Shown here: positions 51,200 through 63,575 of the stretch, in pieces
Layout of the letters: every line of letters starts with the position of its first letter
Position numbering within the stretch: position 1 is the first letter of the stretch
NCBI GenBank assembly: GCA_951406725.2
Contig: OX597814.1
Coordinates: forward strand, 109,802,001-109,866,000
DNA length: 64,000 bases
DNA from: Octopus vulgaris
Taxonomy: Eukaryota
Reading direction: 5' to 3'
Translations under genes and position numbers: made by a program
Notes under the pieces: generated by a model
The model's database searches: none
What the model was told of the DNA's origin: nothing
What the model saw: only the letters and a program-made list of their open reading frames with translations

Positions 51200-51602
51200 T
51201 TTTTATTTATTTGTTTCAGTCATTTGACTGCAGCCATGCTGGAGCACCGCCCTTAGTCGAGCAAATCAACCCCAGGACTTATTCTTCGTAAGCCTGGTAC
51301 TTATTCTATTAGTCTCTTTTGCTGAACTGTTAAGTTACAGTGACGTAAATACACCAGCATCGGTTGTCAAGCAATGTTGGGGGGACAAACACAGATAGAC
51401 AGACACACATACACACTCAAACACACACACACATATACGATGGGCTCCTTTCAGTTCCGTCTAACAAATCCCCTCACAAGGCTTTGGTCGGCCCAAGGCT
51501 ATAGTAGAGGACACTTGCCCAAGATGCCAAACAGTGGGACTGAACCTGGAACCATGTGGTTGGTAAGCAAGCTACTTACCACACAGCCACTCTTCCGCCT
51601 AT
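51200..51602 (-). mobile_element. Family A SINE
   Basis: Near full-length reverse-complement copy. Confidence 0.85.
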
Positions 51603-51610
51603 AATATTTA

Positions 51611-52008
51611 TGGTGGCGAGCTGGCAAAAACATTAGCATACCTGGCAAAATGCTTAGCGGTATTTCGTCTGCTATTACGTTCTGAGTTCAAATTCCACCG
51701 AGGTCAACTTTGCCTTTCATCCTTTCGGGGTCGATAAATAAAGTATCAGTTTCGCACTGGGGTCAATGTAATCGACTTAATCTGTTTGTCTGTCCTTGTT
51801 TGTTCCCTCTGTGTTTAGCCCCTTGTGGGTTGTAAAGAAATAGGTATTTCATCTGCCATTATGTTCTGAGTTCAAATTCCACCGAGGTTGACTTTGCCTT
51901 CCATCCTTTCGGGGGTCAATAAATTAAGTACCAGTTGCATACTGGGGTTGATCTAATCGACTGGCTTCTTCCCACAAAATTTTGGGCCTTGTGCCTAGAG
52001 TAGAAATA
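51611..52008 (+). mobile_element. Family B SINE, tandem/dimeric
   Basis: GGTATTTC...GAGTTCAAATTCCACCGAGG body occurs twice with two different tails. Confidence 0.82.
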
Positions 52009-52089
52009 GAAATGAATATTTATGATTTATCATCAACATCAAATTCCCTGTTCTTGGGGTTACATTCTAGATGCTTCTGACTCAGTTGA

Positions 52090-55000
52090 TGCTATAAGTT
52101 TCTGTTTTCTGTTATGCATAGCTGGGTTGTGGTGTTGTGACCTGTCCAGTCCTTGATGTGGTCAGACCTGGATTTTCTTTGCCCACCTCTTTTACACCTT
52201 CCTTTACCTGTACCTTAATGGATGGTTTTAGACAAAGTGATATGTGGCAAGATATGTGACCATACCAGGAGGCAAGCTTTTGTCTTTTTACCTCTGCAAG
52301 GAGTGGTTCCTGTCTGCCAGGGAGGAATTACAACCGTGTTTCATGGTCTGCTACCACAACAGCTCCTTTATAGGATCCAGTTAGCTCAAGACATCATCAG
52401 GAGGAACCACGTCCGGTTTCGGCCCCTACTCCCCTACCGTTTTGACATGGTGGGGCCCCTCCTTTCGGAGGTGTCTTCAGCTCTGGTGATGGGTACATGT
52501 CTTCTTCCTTCTTCTTTCTTCTGTTCCCTAGCCTCTTTGGTGTAGCGTCAATGAGTGTCAGCCGGCGACTGACTGACTTGTCAAATTTTTCCCCTTTAAA
52601 TACCTGCCACTAGGCTCCAGCAGGCAGCCCCAGCAAGTTGTCAGGTGACACTGTCTCAGTGTCTGCCAGTGTATTTGTTAACTTGCTGCCTGACAAAGCT
52701 GTTCATTTTGTGCTTTGTGTATGGGATGTGTAGCAGCACCTTGTGAAGCACTTGTGCTTAAATGCCTGGATTCTTTGCTTCATGTCAGCTGTAAAAGTCC
52801 AGCTCTCACACCCACACAGAACAATTAAAGTCACTAAGGACTCGTACACCTTGAGTCTTGGAAAACTAATGAATTGGCTTTTCCATATGGTGTTCATCTC
52901 TATCATGGCAGCAGAAACCAAACTAGTCTTGTGATCTTCTTTTTGAGATCTGCTGTCCTTGGTGAAAGTGGATCCTAAGTACTTAAAGGTGTCTACTTTA
53001 TCAAGTCTCTCTGTTCAGCCATGATGTTGCTTGCTGTGTTCTACTTGTTACTATTAACCAAGATCTTGCTCTTTTCTGGGCTGATCTCCATCCCATTTGA
53101 TTCTGATACTTTATCAGTCTGATTGATGAACTCCTGTTGTTCTTCTTCATTGTTTCCAAGCAAGCCAATATCACCATCAAAGCACAGGTAGGAAATGGGT
53201 TGCCCTCCTCTGGAAACAGAGGGGTAGAAGTCTTGGATTTTTTTCCCTGCAGGATGTTGAAAAGCACTGGGGAGAAGAGACATCCTTGTTGAACACCTAC
53301 TTTTGACCTGAAGAATTCTCTGATGTTGTTGTTCAGGGGAACTACACTGTTTGAGTTTTCATACAGTGCATATCTGAGTGTGATTGTTGCCAGGGTCATG
53401 GATTGGCTCATGTGCCGGTGACACATGGAAAGCACCATTCAAGTGTGATCATTGCCAGTGTCACCTTATCGGCACATGAAAAACAACATTCGAGCATGGT
53501 CGATGACAGTGCCACCAGACTGGCTCCCGTGCAGGTAGCACGTAAGAAGACGTCTTGAGCGTGGTCACTGCCAGAACCGCCTGACTGGCCCTTGTGCCAG
53601 TGGCACGTAAAGGCACCCACTACACTCTCAGAGTGGTTGGCATTAGGAAGGGCATCCAGCTGTAGAAGCTTTCCCAGATCAGATTGAGCCTGGTGCAGCC
53701 TCTGGCTCACCAGTCCTCAGTCAAACTGTCCAACCCATGCCAGCATGGAAAGTGGACGTTAAACGATGAATGGTGATGCTTATATTACTTTGAGTAGGTT
53801 GTTTTTGCAGCTGTAATTCTTCATCATCTGCCACCACCTGCAGTCAAAGACCTTTTTGAAGTCGACGAAGTTGTGACAGAGGCCAGGTTGGTACTACAAA
53901 TGTTTCTCAGTGAGCAGTCTGGCATTTAAATACCTGCTCCCATAGTACTCCTTTTGGGCCTAAATCCTTCCTTTTCACCTGCAAAGATTTCTTCAGCCTT
54001 CCCCTTAAATCTGCTTAGCAGAGCTCTTAGTAATGCTTTGCTGGGGTGGTTAATTAGGATGATTGTTCTGTAGTTCTGTGAGAGTCTTCAGCTGCCTTTC
54101 TTCAGAATGAGCATCATCAGTAATTGGGTCCACTTATTTGGTCACTGCTTCGTCTCCTATATCTTCTGACAAGTATCTGTTAATGTCTTGATAAACTTTG
54201 GCCCTCTGTGATTTGGGTGCTCTGACAGGATCTTCTCCACTACTGGGGATTTCCCACCTTTGAGCTGGCACACTACCTCTTTGACTTCTTCCCTGCGAAT
54301 TGGAGCATCCCCAAGTTCTCTGTTGTTGTTGTTGGTGGTGTTGGAATTGTCCAGGATGTTGATAGCATGTCTAATTTCGTGATTGTACAAATCTTTGCAA
54401 TTCTTAGATCGTCTTTTAATGACATCATTCTCATCTGCAAGGAACCAGCCTGTTTTGTCCTCAATATAGAGGTGGTGTGTTTCTTTGTTTTTGTTGGGAT
54501 TTTGAGGGTTTCATAATGACCTTGTGGTTACCTTTCTTTATTCAAACTTTGATGATTTTGCACTGGTCTGCTACCCATTTTTCTTTGGTTTCCCTCATTT
54601 TCTTGCTAACCTTTCTATTCACTGCATTGTATTGCTGACTTATTCCTAACCCGTCAGCATGGTTTACCTCAGGTTTTATCTTAAGTCACATAGGTCCAAG
54701 ATGGCATCACTAATTCCATGGTTTCCTTTTTTCTTCTTCTCCTCTGCACTTTCAGAGCCATTTTTTGAAGTGCTCCCTTGATGTCAGTCAGGGAGTTTAT
54801 ATCATCTTCCAGAAGGTTGAGGGCTGCAAACCTGTCACCCACTTTCACCTCAAACACTGTTGCAACCCTGGGATCTTTCAGTTTGTCTGCACCAAACCAA
54901 ACACATGTGGCTCTTTTCTTATAGATCCTTTTCAGTTTAGGCCTCATGTTGATATTCACATCAGGAAAATTCCAGTCCTAGCTTTGTTGACACTGGACTT

Positions 55001-55580
55001 GAACTTTTGAAATATGAGGATGAAGTCAGTTTAGTTGAATCCTGCTACTGGGTGCATGTCATATTGTTCTGTATGGGATCTTGTGCAGAATCAGTGTGTT
55101 GGGTTGCATCAGCCTTTGAGGGCCAGCAAATTCTAGAAGCTGCAGTCCAAGATCATTGGTTTTTCCAGTCATGAGTCATCCCAGTATCCTGGGATGATTC
55201 AGAACCATCCAGTTTTCTAAGATGATGATGAGTTGCCTAGGTGATTTTCTCCAGGTCTTCACAGAATTCTTCAATGGCATCCTCATCATATTCAAGCATT
55301 GGTGCATAGACTTGTTTGATGGTAATATTCTGTGGTTTTGCAGCCACATGTATGGTGATGAGCTTGCTGGATACTGGTGTACAGCTAAGACTGAGCTTAC
55401 TCTGGTTTCGCTAATGATGAAGCCCACTCCATGTTCATGTTTGATGTCATCTCCACTATACCACAGTCCATTACATTTGTTTGTTGTTTTGCCAAATACA
55501 ATCCACCTGACTTTAGCCAGCCCCAGGATATCCTTGGTGCACCTGTCAAGCTCATGTGTAAATTACTTCTTCCTTCTAGA
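52090..55580 (-). pseudogene. Degraded RTE-clade LINE (APE + RT), interrupted by a family C copy (~53375-53778) and a solo LTR
   Basis: Fragments: ILGLAKVRW...HEHGVGFII (APE), KVGVQQGCLFSPVLFNI and YLCFDGDI (RT), GMEISPEKSKILVN, LCGCESWT, WYGHIS...LSKTI. Confidence 0.88.
52315..52650 (-). mobile_element. Solo LTR
   Basis: TG...CA termini (TGCCA/TGACA), perfect 5-bp TSD CTGTC, TATTTAAA box on minus strand; splits the RTE remnant. Confidence 0.7.
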
Positions 55581-56919
55581 AGCATATAAATTGGTAGACG
55601 GAAACTGAAAGAAGCCTGTTGTATATATATATATGTGTGTGTGTGTTTGGGTCTGTGTTTGTCCCTCTAACATCGCTTGACAACCGATGCTGATGTGTTT
55701 ATGTCTCCGTAACTTAGCGATTTAGCAATAGAGGCTGATAAAATAAGTACTAGGCTTACAAAGAATAAGTCCTGGGGTCGATTTGCTCGACTAAAGGTGG
55801 TGCTCCAGCATGGCCACAGTCAAATGACTGAAACAAATAAAAGAATTTATTATATTATAAATGCAAAACAACACCACAGAGGAATCGACATAAGCTTAAA
55901 TAATAAACCATGAGAGGTGAACCGCACCAGCGGAACCATGATAGGTGAACTGCAATGGATGAACCGTGATAGGTGAACAGTGATAGGTGAACCACAATAG
56001 GTGAACCACGATATGACAAGGGATTACTGCACATTGATCTTCTCTTCCCAGTAAATTAGCAGTGAACAGAACAATCGTTTGTTTTCTGGGCCTTGGCCAG
56101 TTTAGCGTATAGTGTTTTGACTGTGTCTATTATGGCATTTCAGTGGACCTTAGAAATGCTTGGTAGAGCCCATCTCCCCTCCAAGTATTCAGTTCCTTAT
56201 TAAGTTTAGCCTACCAGTGGAAGCAGTTACCAGGGTATGGCTGAGAATGGTCTTGGAGCCACAAGTGAGAGTCAGGTGAGAACCAGTGTACCCATCCATT
56301 TCTTTACTACCCACAAGGGGCTAAACACAGAGAGGACAAACAAGGACAGACAAACGGATTAAGTCGATTATATCGACCCCAGTGTGTAACTGGTACTTAA
56401 TTTATCGACCCTGAAAGAATGAAAGGCAAAGTCGACCTCAGCAGAATTTGAACTCAGAACATAATGGCAGACGAAATACCGCTAGACCTTTCGTCTGGTG
56501 TGCTAACGTTTCTGCCAGCTCGCTATGTTGCTGCCCAAAATCAAGGTATTCTCTCTACCCGAACACCCCGAATGTAATTTAACTTTTGTTAAATTTCTTG
56601 GGGCTTATACAAAATAATAAAACTAATATTTATCATCATCATCATCGTCATCATTTAATGTCTGTTTTCCATGCTGGCATAGGTTGGACAGTTTGACTAG
56701 AACTGGCAAGGCCAGGCGCCATGCCAAACTCCATTTATTTGTTTTGGCATGGTTTTTACTGCTGGATGCCCTTCCTAATGACAACCACTTTACAGTGTGT
56801 ACTGGGTGCTTTTTATATGGCGTAGTGGTTAAGAGCATGAGCTACTAATCCCAAGATTCCAAGTTCGATTCCAGGTAGTGACCTGAATAATAATAATAAT
56901 AATAACAACAACAACAACA

Positions 56920-57095
56920 ACATTGAAAAATACCTTAGGAATGAGAACCCAGGTTTGAAATTTCCCCAAGACATCTGATGAAGGCTGGAGGTTATATCAG
57001 CGGAAACGTTGAGTTAACAACAAACAAGATGAGGATAGATATCCATCAACTGTAAATAATATACATAATTCCTCATCTCTTAAATATAGAACTGT
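56920..57095 (+). mobile_element. Penelope-like pseudo-LTR with hammerhead (56970-57015)
   Basis: GACAT-CTGATGA-AG-GCTG-GAGGTTATAT-CAGC-G-GAAA-CG-TT-GAGTT. Confidence 0.7.
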
Positions 57096-58024
57096 ATCAC
57101 CAGTGCATTTTATGTGTCACCAGCACTGACCGGGTCACTAAGTATCTTCTAAGACAAAAACCCCTCAACTGGTCTACTGGAAGAGGAGAGTATTGAAGGG
57201 TGTGTGGATTTGTGCCAGTTGAGAGATTAAAGGTATAGAGGGGACAGATATAGGTGTCTTGCTGTAGGGTAGATACATAGATACCCCAGTTAGAAAAAAA
57301 AAAAGAAGTGTGAAGTAGATCATAAGACAAAGAGAGCGATAGTGGGAGATATTCATTTTCAAACTTAGTACTTTGTAAAACAAAGCTCTGATGCACACAG
57401 CCATGCTCGCACCGATGAATCCATGCTAGGCCACTGTCCACTGTTTTCTTTGTTAATCCTTCAACTCCTATGGCATCTGTTTGTACCAAGTTGAGCTGGG
57501 ATGGCTGCTGAAGTGAGTGCTGCTGGCCATTCTCCACAGCTATGCTTTTCAAACCATGTTCCACAAGGCACAGCTAAACACACCCTTTGTTATAAGGTCT
57601 ACAACCCATTAGCCCCTCTCCTACATCTTCTACTGATTAACTCCCCACCCCTTTTCTTTTTCTCTTTGTTTCCTTGGTGATGCAGACCTGGGTTTGTTTT
57701 CTTGATAATTTGGTCTTTTATACTTCCAATGTTATTTTCTTTCTTTTCTTCCTGTAAAAATATGTTGTTAATAAAACTTCTATTCCATGTCTTGTTTCAT
57801 AAAACTGTTTTAGGCCATAGGCCAACATTTTTAGTTGGTAGGAAAAGAAAACTGACTTAGCTGTGCATTGATACAGGGTTAGCTGTTGGTGGTGTGACAT
57901 CTACTGCTAATTCACCAATCTACAATCTAACACCCTCTCATTTCCACCAGCTTCAAATTTCTATGGCAATAACAGAAATATTTCAAGACTTCCATTTCAT
58001 AGAAATACTGTGTGTAATTATGAT

Positions 58025-58530
58025 GACGTCAGTACCACCTGACTGGCTCATGTGCCAGTGGCATGTAAAAAGTACCATTCGAGAGTAATCAATGCCAGTG
58101 CCATCCAACTGGCTCTCGTCCGAGAGTAGTCGATGCCAGTGTCGCCTGACTGGCTCCCATGCCAGTGGCACGCAAAAAGCACCATCTGAGAGTAGTCAAT
58201 GCCAGTGCCATCTGACTGGCTCCCATACCAGTGGCATGTAAAAGGCAACATCTGGGAGTAGTTGATGCCAGTGCTGCCTGACTGGCTCCCATGCTGGTGG
58301 AACATAAAAGCACCATTCAATCATGGTTGTTGCCAGTACCACCTGACTAGCTCCCATGCACATAAAAGCACTAACTACATTCTTGGAGTGGTTGGCGTTA
58401 GGAAGGGCATCCAGCTGTTGAAACTTTGCCAGAACAGAATGGTGCTTGGCACAACCTTCTGGCTTGCCAGTTCTCAGTCAAACTGTCCAACCCATGCCAG
58501 CATGGAAAACGGACGTTAAACGACGACGAC

Positions 58531-58575
<45 letters not shown>
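58025..58575 (+). mobile_element. Family C repeat with ~60-bp internal tandem units and long (GAT)n tail
   Basis: Repeated GATGCCAGTG..CTGACTGGCTCCCATGCCAGTGGCA units, then GGCGTTAGGAAGGGCATCCAGCTG...GGACGTTAAACG(ATG)n. Confidence 0.88.
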
Positions 58576-58576
<1 letters not shown>

Positions 58577-59439
58577 GTCACTCTTATCAGTTTCAATGAA
58601 CGAATGTTTGAAAGAGAGGACTTAATGAAAAACGAAACACAAAGGAGTTGCATTTATTTGTGATGGACGTGTGAATTCAATTTCGGTCAAGGGATGGATT
58701 TTGCTATGAAGTCACAATGGGGACATTGATGACTGTGTAATTATATTAGTTATTATTAATTACAATAATTATCGTAATTCATATGAATCCTTGCAAAAGA
58801 AAAAAGGAAACATTAATGAAGTTAAAGTTTTCTTAGAAATTTCACTCATTCAACGACCAATTAGCAATTTGTTATGAACCACTGACGATATGCTGAATAG
58901 AATCATCCTCGTTGTTATTGTCATCGTCCATCATAATGGTCGTCATCACCAACCTCATTGTCATTGTTGTCTTCGTCATCATAGTCATCATCATCATCAT
59001 CATCATGAATATCTGTCATTGTTGCCATCATCATCATCATTGTCACAATTTTCAACATCATCATCTTCAGCATCATTGCCGTCATCCTCCACCTCATCAT
59101 CATCATTTGTCATCACTGCCACCACCAACTTCGCCATCATCATCATCATCATCATCAACATCATCATCATCATCATCATCACAATCTTCTTTTTTCTCCT
59201 TGTGATCTTTAAGATACTTCACCCATCCACCCATTACATATGGCTGTTATAAATCTGTTCCTATAAAATCAATCATTTGACCTGTCATAACCTGAGTTAT
59301 GAATCAATGAATTCACCATTATGTGATCAGAGCTTTGCATCAGCATGTGACCAGATAACAAACCCTCTCAGAATTTACCTCCAAAATATATGTTACCCTA
59401 GTCTTCAGCAATAAGTTAGCAGTAAGCACACCTTCTTAC

Positions 59440-59473
59440 ATAAAAGTCAATAAAACTGAAAGGAGGTTCTCAT
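59440..59473 (-). CDS. Candidate exon 1 of the EF-hand gene (signal peptide M-x-NLLSVLLTF|I), one base short of frame
   Basis: ATG AG AAC CTC CTT TCA GTT TTA TTG ACT TTT AT|GTAAGA; the phase-2 donor fits exon 2 and gives hydrophobic LLSVLLTFIWCAIGYA. Confidence 0.5.
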
Positions 59474-60344
59474 CTGAGATTGTTTGATAAACATTATCAA
59501 AACTAATAAATTGTGTTTACATCGTCAGTGTTGAAGATAGTGCAGCTGTGACTTGAAACCAAATTGCTACGTAATTGGTCACACATCACGGCCGAACCAC
59601 AGTAGTTTCACATGGTCTGTATATTAAGCAACCAGTCACCATCACACCATCACATGACTCAATCTTGAATTTTCTTGTACCCTATAAAAGATCTAACAAG
59701 TGGAGCCTCATATCAGTGAAGCAAGGTCAGTGCAAAATAATGTCGTCGAGAGGTAGCCCTCGAAATGGCATGCATTCTCTCCTGATGACCCTATACACTT
59801 GCTGGCCTCCAGTATGCGGAGCTTTCGACTGGTAGCACTTGCATGTGAAAGCAGCTGACTCACTTCTTGCCATGCAGAACGTTGAGGCAGCTGAGTGAGA
59901 TGTGTCTCCATTCTTGTCACACCAGACAGCTCAGACAGATAATAATCAAGAACCACCATTGGCACGAATATAGCACAATTGTTTCCTGTTATGTTGAGTA
60001 AACCACCTGTTACTGTATTAGTAAGCTTCCTGTAATTGCTCAATTAACTAACCAATTAGCATCAAGCCATCATATGATTCAAGCAGTAATTAATACGAGA
60101 ATATTGAGGTAGTTGAGCTTCAAGTGTCACCATTCCTGCTACCCCAGATGGCATGAATTTTTTAACAGGAAGATGGCTAAGACACTTGGTGCAACCAGAC
60201 AACCAAGAACCACTGTCACCATGAATAAAACACAATTGTTTCCAGTTATGTTGAGCAAACTGCTTGTTGCTGTATCAGTAATCTTGCTGTAAAATCCAAG
60301 TAATATCTCTCTCTCAGTCAATAATTATTGCTGTTGTTATCGAT

Positions 60345-60680
60345 ATGAAGGCACATGGCTCAGTGGTTAGAGTGTCGAGCTTACGATCGTGAGGTTGTGA
60401 GTTCGAATCTCGGACCGGGCTGCATGTTGTGTTCTTGAGCAAGACACTTTATTTCACGTTGCTCCAGTTCACTCAGCTGTAGAAATGAGTTGCGATGTCA
60501 CAGGTGCCAAGCTGTATCAGCCGTTGCCTTTCCCTTGGATAACACTATTGGCGTAGAGAGAGGAGGCCGGTATGCATGGGCGACTGCTGGTCTTCCATAA
60601 ACAACCTTGCCCAGACTTGTGCCTGGGAGGGTAACTTTCTAGGTGCAATCCCATGGTCAGTCATGACTGAAGGGGTTCTC
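60345..60680 (+). mobile_element. tRNA-head SINE
   Basis: TGGCTCAGTGGTTAGAG A box, GAGTTCGAATC B box; same body as 44159-44497. Confidence 0.87.
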
Positions 60681-60949
60681 AAGCATGTTATCTATAAAAG
60701 ACCAACACAGTTTGTCTTTATGTGCGACAATGAAATCTTCTGTTGTTCAGTTTCTCCTACTTGCAGCCCAAGAAACATATTTTCATTGATCAGCACAACC
60801 AGTCATCAGCAAAGATCAGCTGGCAACAACACAACAACCTGAGTAACAATAACAATATTAATAAGACTTTCAGTGAAAAAAATTATTTAATTTATTGTTG
60901 TATTTTGGGATGGTGATTATAATTTTTTGCCAAATAAACACATGTACTT

Positions 60950-61385
60950 CATCATCATTTAACATCCACTTTCCATGCTAGCATGGGTTGGACGATTTGA
61001 CTGAAGTCTGGCGAACCAGACTCCAATCTGATCTGGCAGAGTTTCTACAGCTGGATGCCCTTTCTAACGCCAACCACTCCGAGAGTGTAGTTGGTGCTTT
61101 TACGTGCCACCGGCACGAAGGCCAGTTTGGTGGTACTGGCAATGGCCACGTCCAAATGGTGCTTTTTATGTGCCACCTGCACTGGCGACAATCTTGCTCA
61201 AATGTTTCACGTGCCACCAGCACAAGTGCTAGTAAGGCGACGTGGTAACGATCACGCTCGAATGGTGTGCTTAACGTGCCATTGGCACGAAGGCCAGTTT
61301 GTTGCTCTGGCAACAATCTTACTCATATGGTACTCTTAGCACTCCACTAGCAACGGATGCCAGTCACCGAGTCTGATTTTGACTT
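60950..61385 (-). mobile_element. Family C repeat
   Basis: Matches 4021-4655 and 10867-11545. Confidence 0.85.
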
Positions 61386-61391
61386 TGATAA

Positions 61392-62645
61392 TTTTTAATC
61401 TTTTGTCACACATCTGTGACCTCTTCAGCGATACTATCTGTCTTCATGTGTGCTCTTGCTCCACTTATTCCATTCTGTTCTTCTATGATGTGCATCCTTA
61501 TGTGCACATGTGTTTGTGTCTGTGTTTGTGTGTATGTACATGTGTGTGTGTGTATGTACATGTGTGTGTGTGTATGTCATTGTGCTTAATAAAACTATGA
61601 CCCCTCCCCCCTGCTACTGCTACCCTTGAACCCAACTTTTGGTACTGTTCCTGTATTTCTCTGTGTTTGTTTGCTTGCCTATGCTGCTGCCATCATGGTA
61701 GTTGTTGCTGTTGCCGTTGTTATTATCGCTTTTGCTGTTGTCATTGTTGGTCATGTTGTTGATATTGTTTCGACTGTCTGTGAAGTTACTCTATGTGTGT
61801 TTGTGTGTATATGGCTTTGCTTCCTATGTTGTTTGTATCTGTGCCCTTTATACATTTTAAAAAATCTATCTCTATTTTTTATATTTATCTGCAGTATGTG
61901 GATATTTGTTCAGTGTGTGTATTACACTGTTTGTATCTGATATTTTTCCTTCTCCCTTCTGTCTTTAGTTGTCATGTTGTATGGTGTGGTGGTGGGTGTT
62001 ATTGTTCCATTCATGTTTTCTGTCGAGGCTCAGTCTGTCTATTGCTATGTGTATAGCCTCTGTGATCTGTCTAAGTGTCGTATCAATTCTATGCTTTGAT
62101 AATACCTTAACCTCTATGCTTTAAATCGAGCCTCTATGTACTGCTTGAGCATGTTGGCAGAGCACTGATGAGCCTCTCTCATCTTTGCGCTCTTGGCAGT
62201 GTTCACCTACACCCCCACTATGCTGCTTTCAGTCTCTGTAATGTAAGTAGTTGCCATGTTTCTGCACCCCCCCCCTCAGTACATCATAAGCTATACACTT
62301 TATTCCTAAACTTATAGTTAACCTTTAGGTTCATCCTGCATACAATACAATTGTTCTCCATACATGGGGACCTATCAAAGGGATAAGTTCTACAGATCAG
62401 GGATTTTATAGGGGCACCAAGCTTTTCTATTACTTTAATATGTAGATTGGCCTTATCTAATGTTTTCCTAAAATGGTAAGCTAGTTCACTGCCAGGGGTA
62501 GCATCAACGAACATGACACTCTGGTATTTTTTGTTGTCATACCATGAGTTGGCCTTATCTATACTTTTTTTTTTAATCTTTCATCACACATTTGTGACCT
62601 CTTCAGCAGCACTATCTGTCTTTGTGTGTGCTCTTGCTCCACTTG
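61392..62645 (-). mobile_element. Penelope-like element 3' remnant (GIY-YIG endonuclease) with terminal direct repeats
   Basis: SWYDNKKYQSVMFVDATPGSELA...KVIEKLG...PFDRSPC...CIVC...NKVYSL*C...TYITET...EH; direct repeats 61392-61466 and 62570-62644. Confidence 0.78.
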
Positions 62646-63032
62646 ACCATCCCAAAATACAACAATATCTGTTCCAACACACAGTTTCATATCAGGAATC
62701 TTGCAACAGAAATTCATAAATCATTTAATTCATTTTTAAAATTATTGAATTCAGAATGTAAAGACAGACGAAATACCTATTTCTTTACTACCCACAAGGG
62801 GCTAAACTCAGAAAGGACAAACAAGGACAGACAAACGGATTAAGTTGATTATATTGACCCCAGTGCGTAACTGGTACTTATTTCATCGAACATGAAAGGA
62901 TGAAACGCAAAGTCGACCTCAGCGGAACTTGAACTCAGAACGTAGCGGCAGACAAAATACCACTTATACCGGTGTGCTAACCTTCTGCCAGTTCGCTGCC
63001 TTAGTATGTTCAAATATTGTTTTATATTCGTT

Positions 63033-63575
63033 ACATTGAGTGACTTTTATAAAATATTTTGATGTATATGTCCATCTTATCAAATATTAAGAATTGAAAT
63101 TCAAAAATTAGGGAATGAGAAAAAATTAGAAATTAAGAGCAGTTCATTCTCATAATTTTGTGCATTATTAAGGGCATATCCATAACAATGTCCTTAACAA
63201 TGCACAAAAATACGAGAACATATTGTTCTTAATTTCTAATTTTTTCTCATTCCTTAATTATTAACTTTCAATTCTTAATATTTGATAAGATGAAGGTGGC
63301 AAGCTGGCAGAAACGTTAGCACGCCAGGTGAAATGCTTAGCGGCATTTTGCCTGTCTTTACATTCTCAGTTCAAATTCTGCCAAAGTCGTCTTTGCCTTT
63401 CATCCTTTTGGTGGGCGGTTGATAAATTAAGTACCAGTTGCATACTGAGGTTGATCTAATTGACTGGCCCTATCTCCTCCAAAATTTTGGGCCTTGTGCC
63501 TGGAGTAGAAAATAATATTTGATAAGATGGACATATACATCAGAACTGGGAATATTTTATAAAGCCACTCAATGT
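63033..63575. repeat. AT-rich fold-back element interrupted by a family B SINE
   Basis: Arms centred on ~63183 (TTAAGGGCAT/ATGTCCTTAA); the right arm resumes after the SINE. Confidence 0.8.
63293..63512 (+). mobile_element. Family B SINE
   Basis: 17-bp TSD TAATATTTGATAAGATG at 63276-63292 and 63513-63529. Confidence 0.9.

Noticed and set aside
59474-59520. 47-nt GT-AG mini-intron upstream of the candidate ATG
   Set aside because: Weak donor and acceptor, and splicing it does not repair the reading frame.
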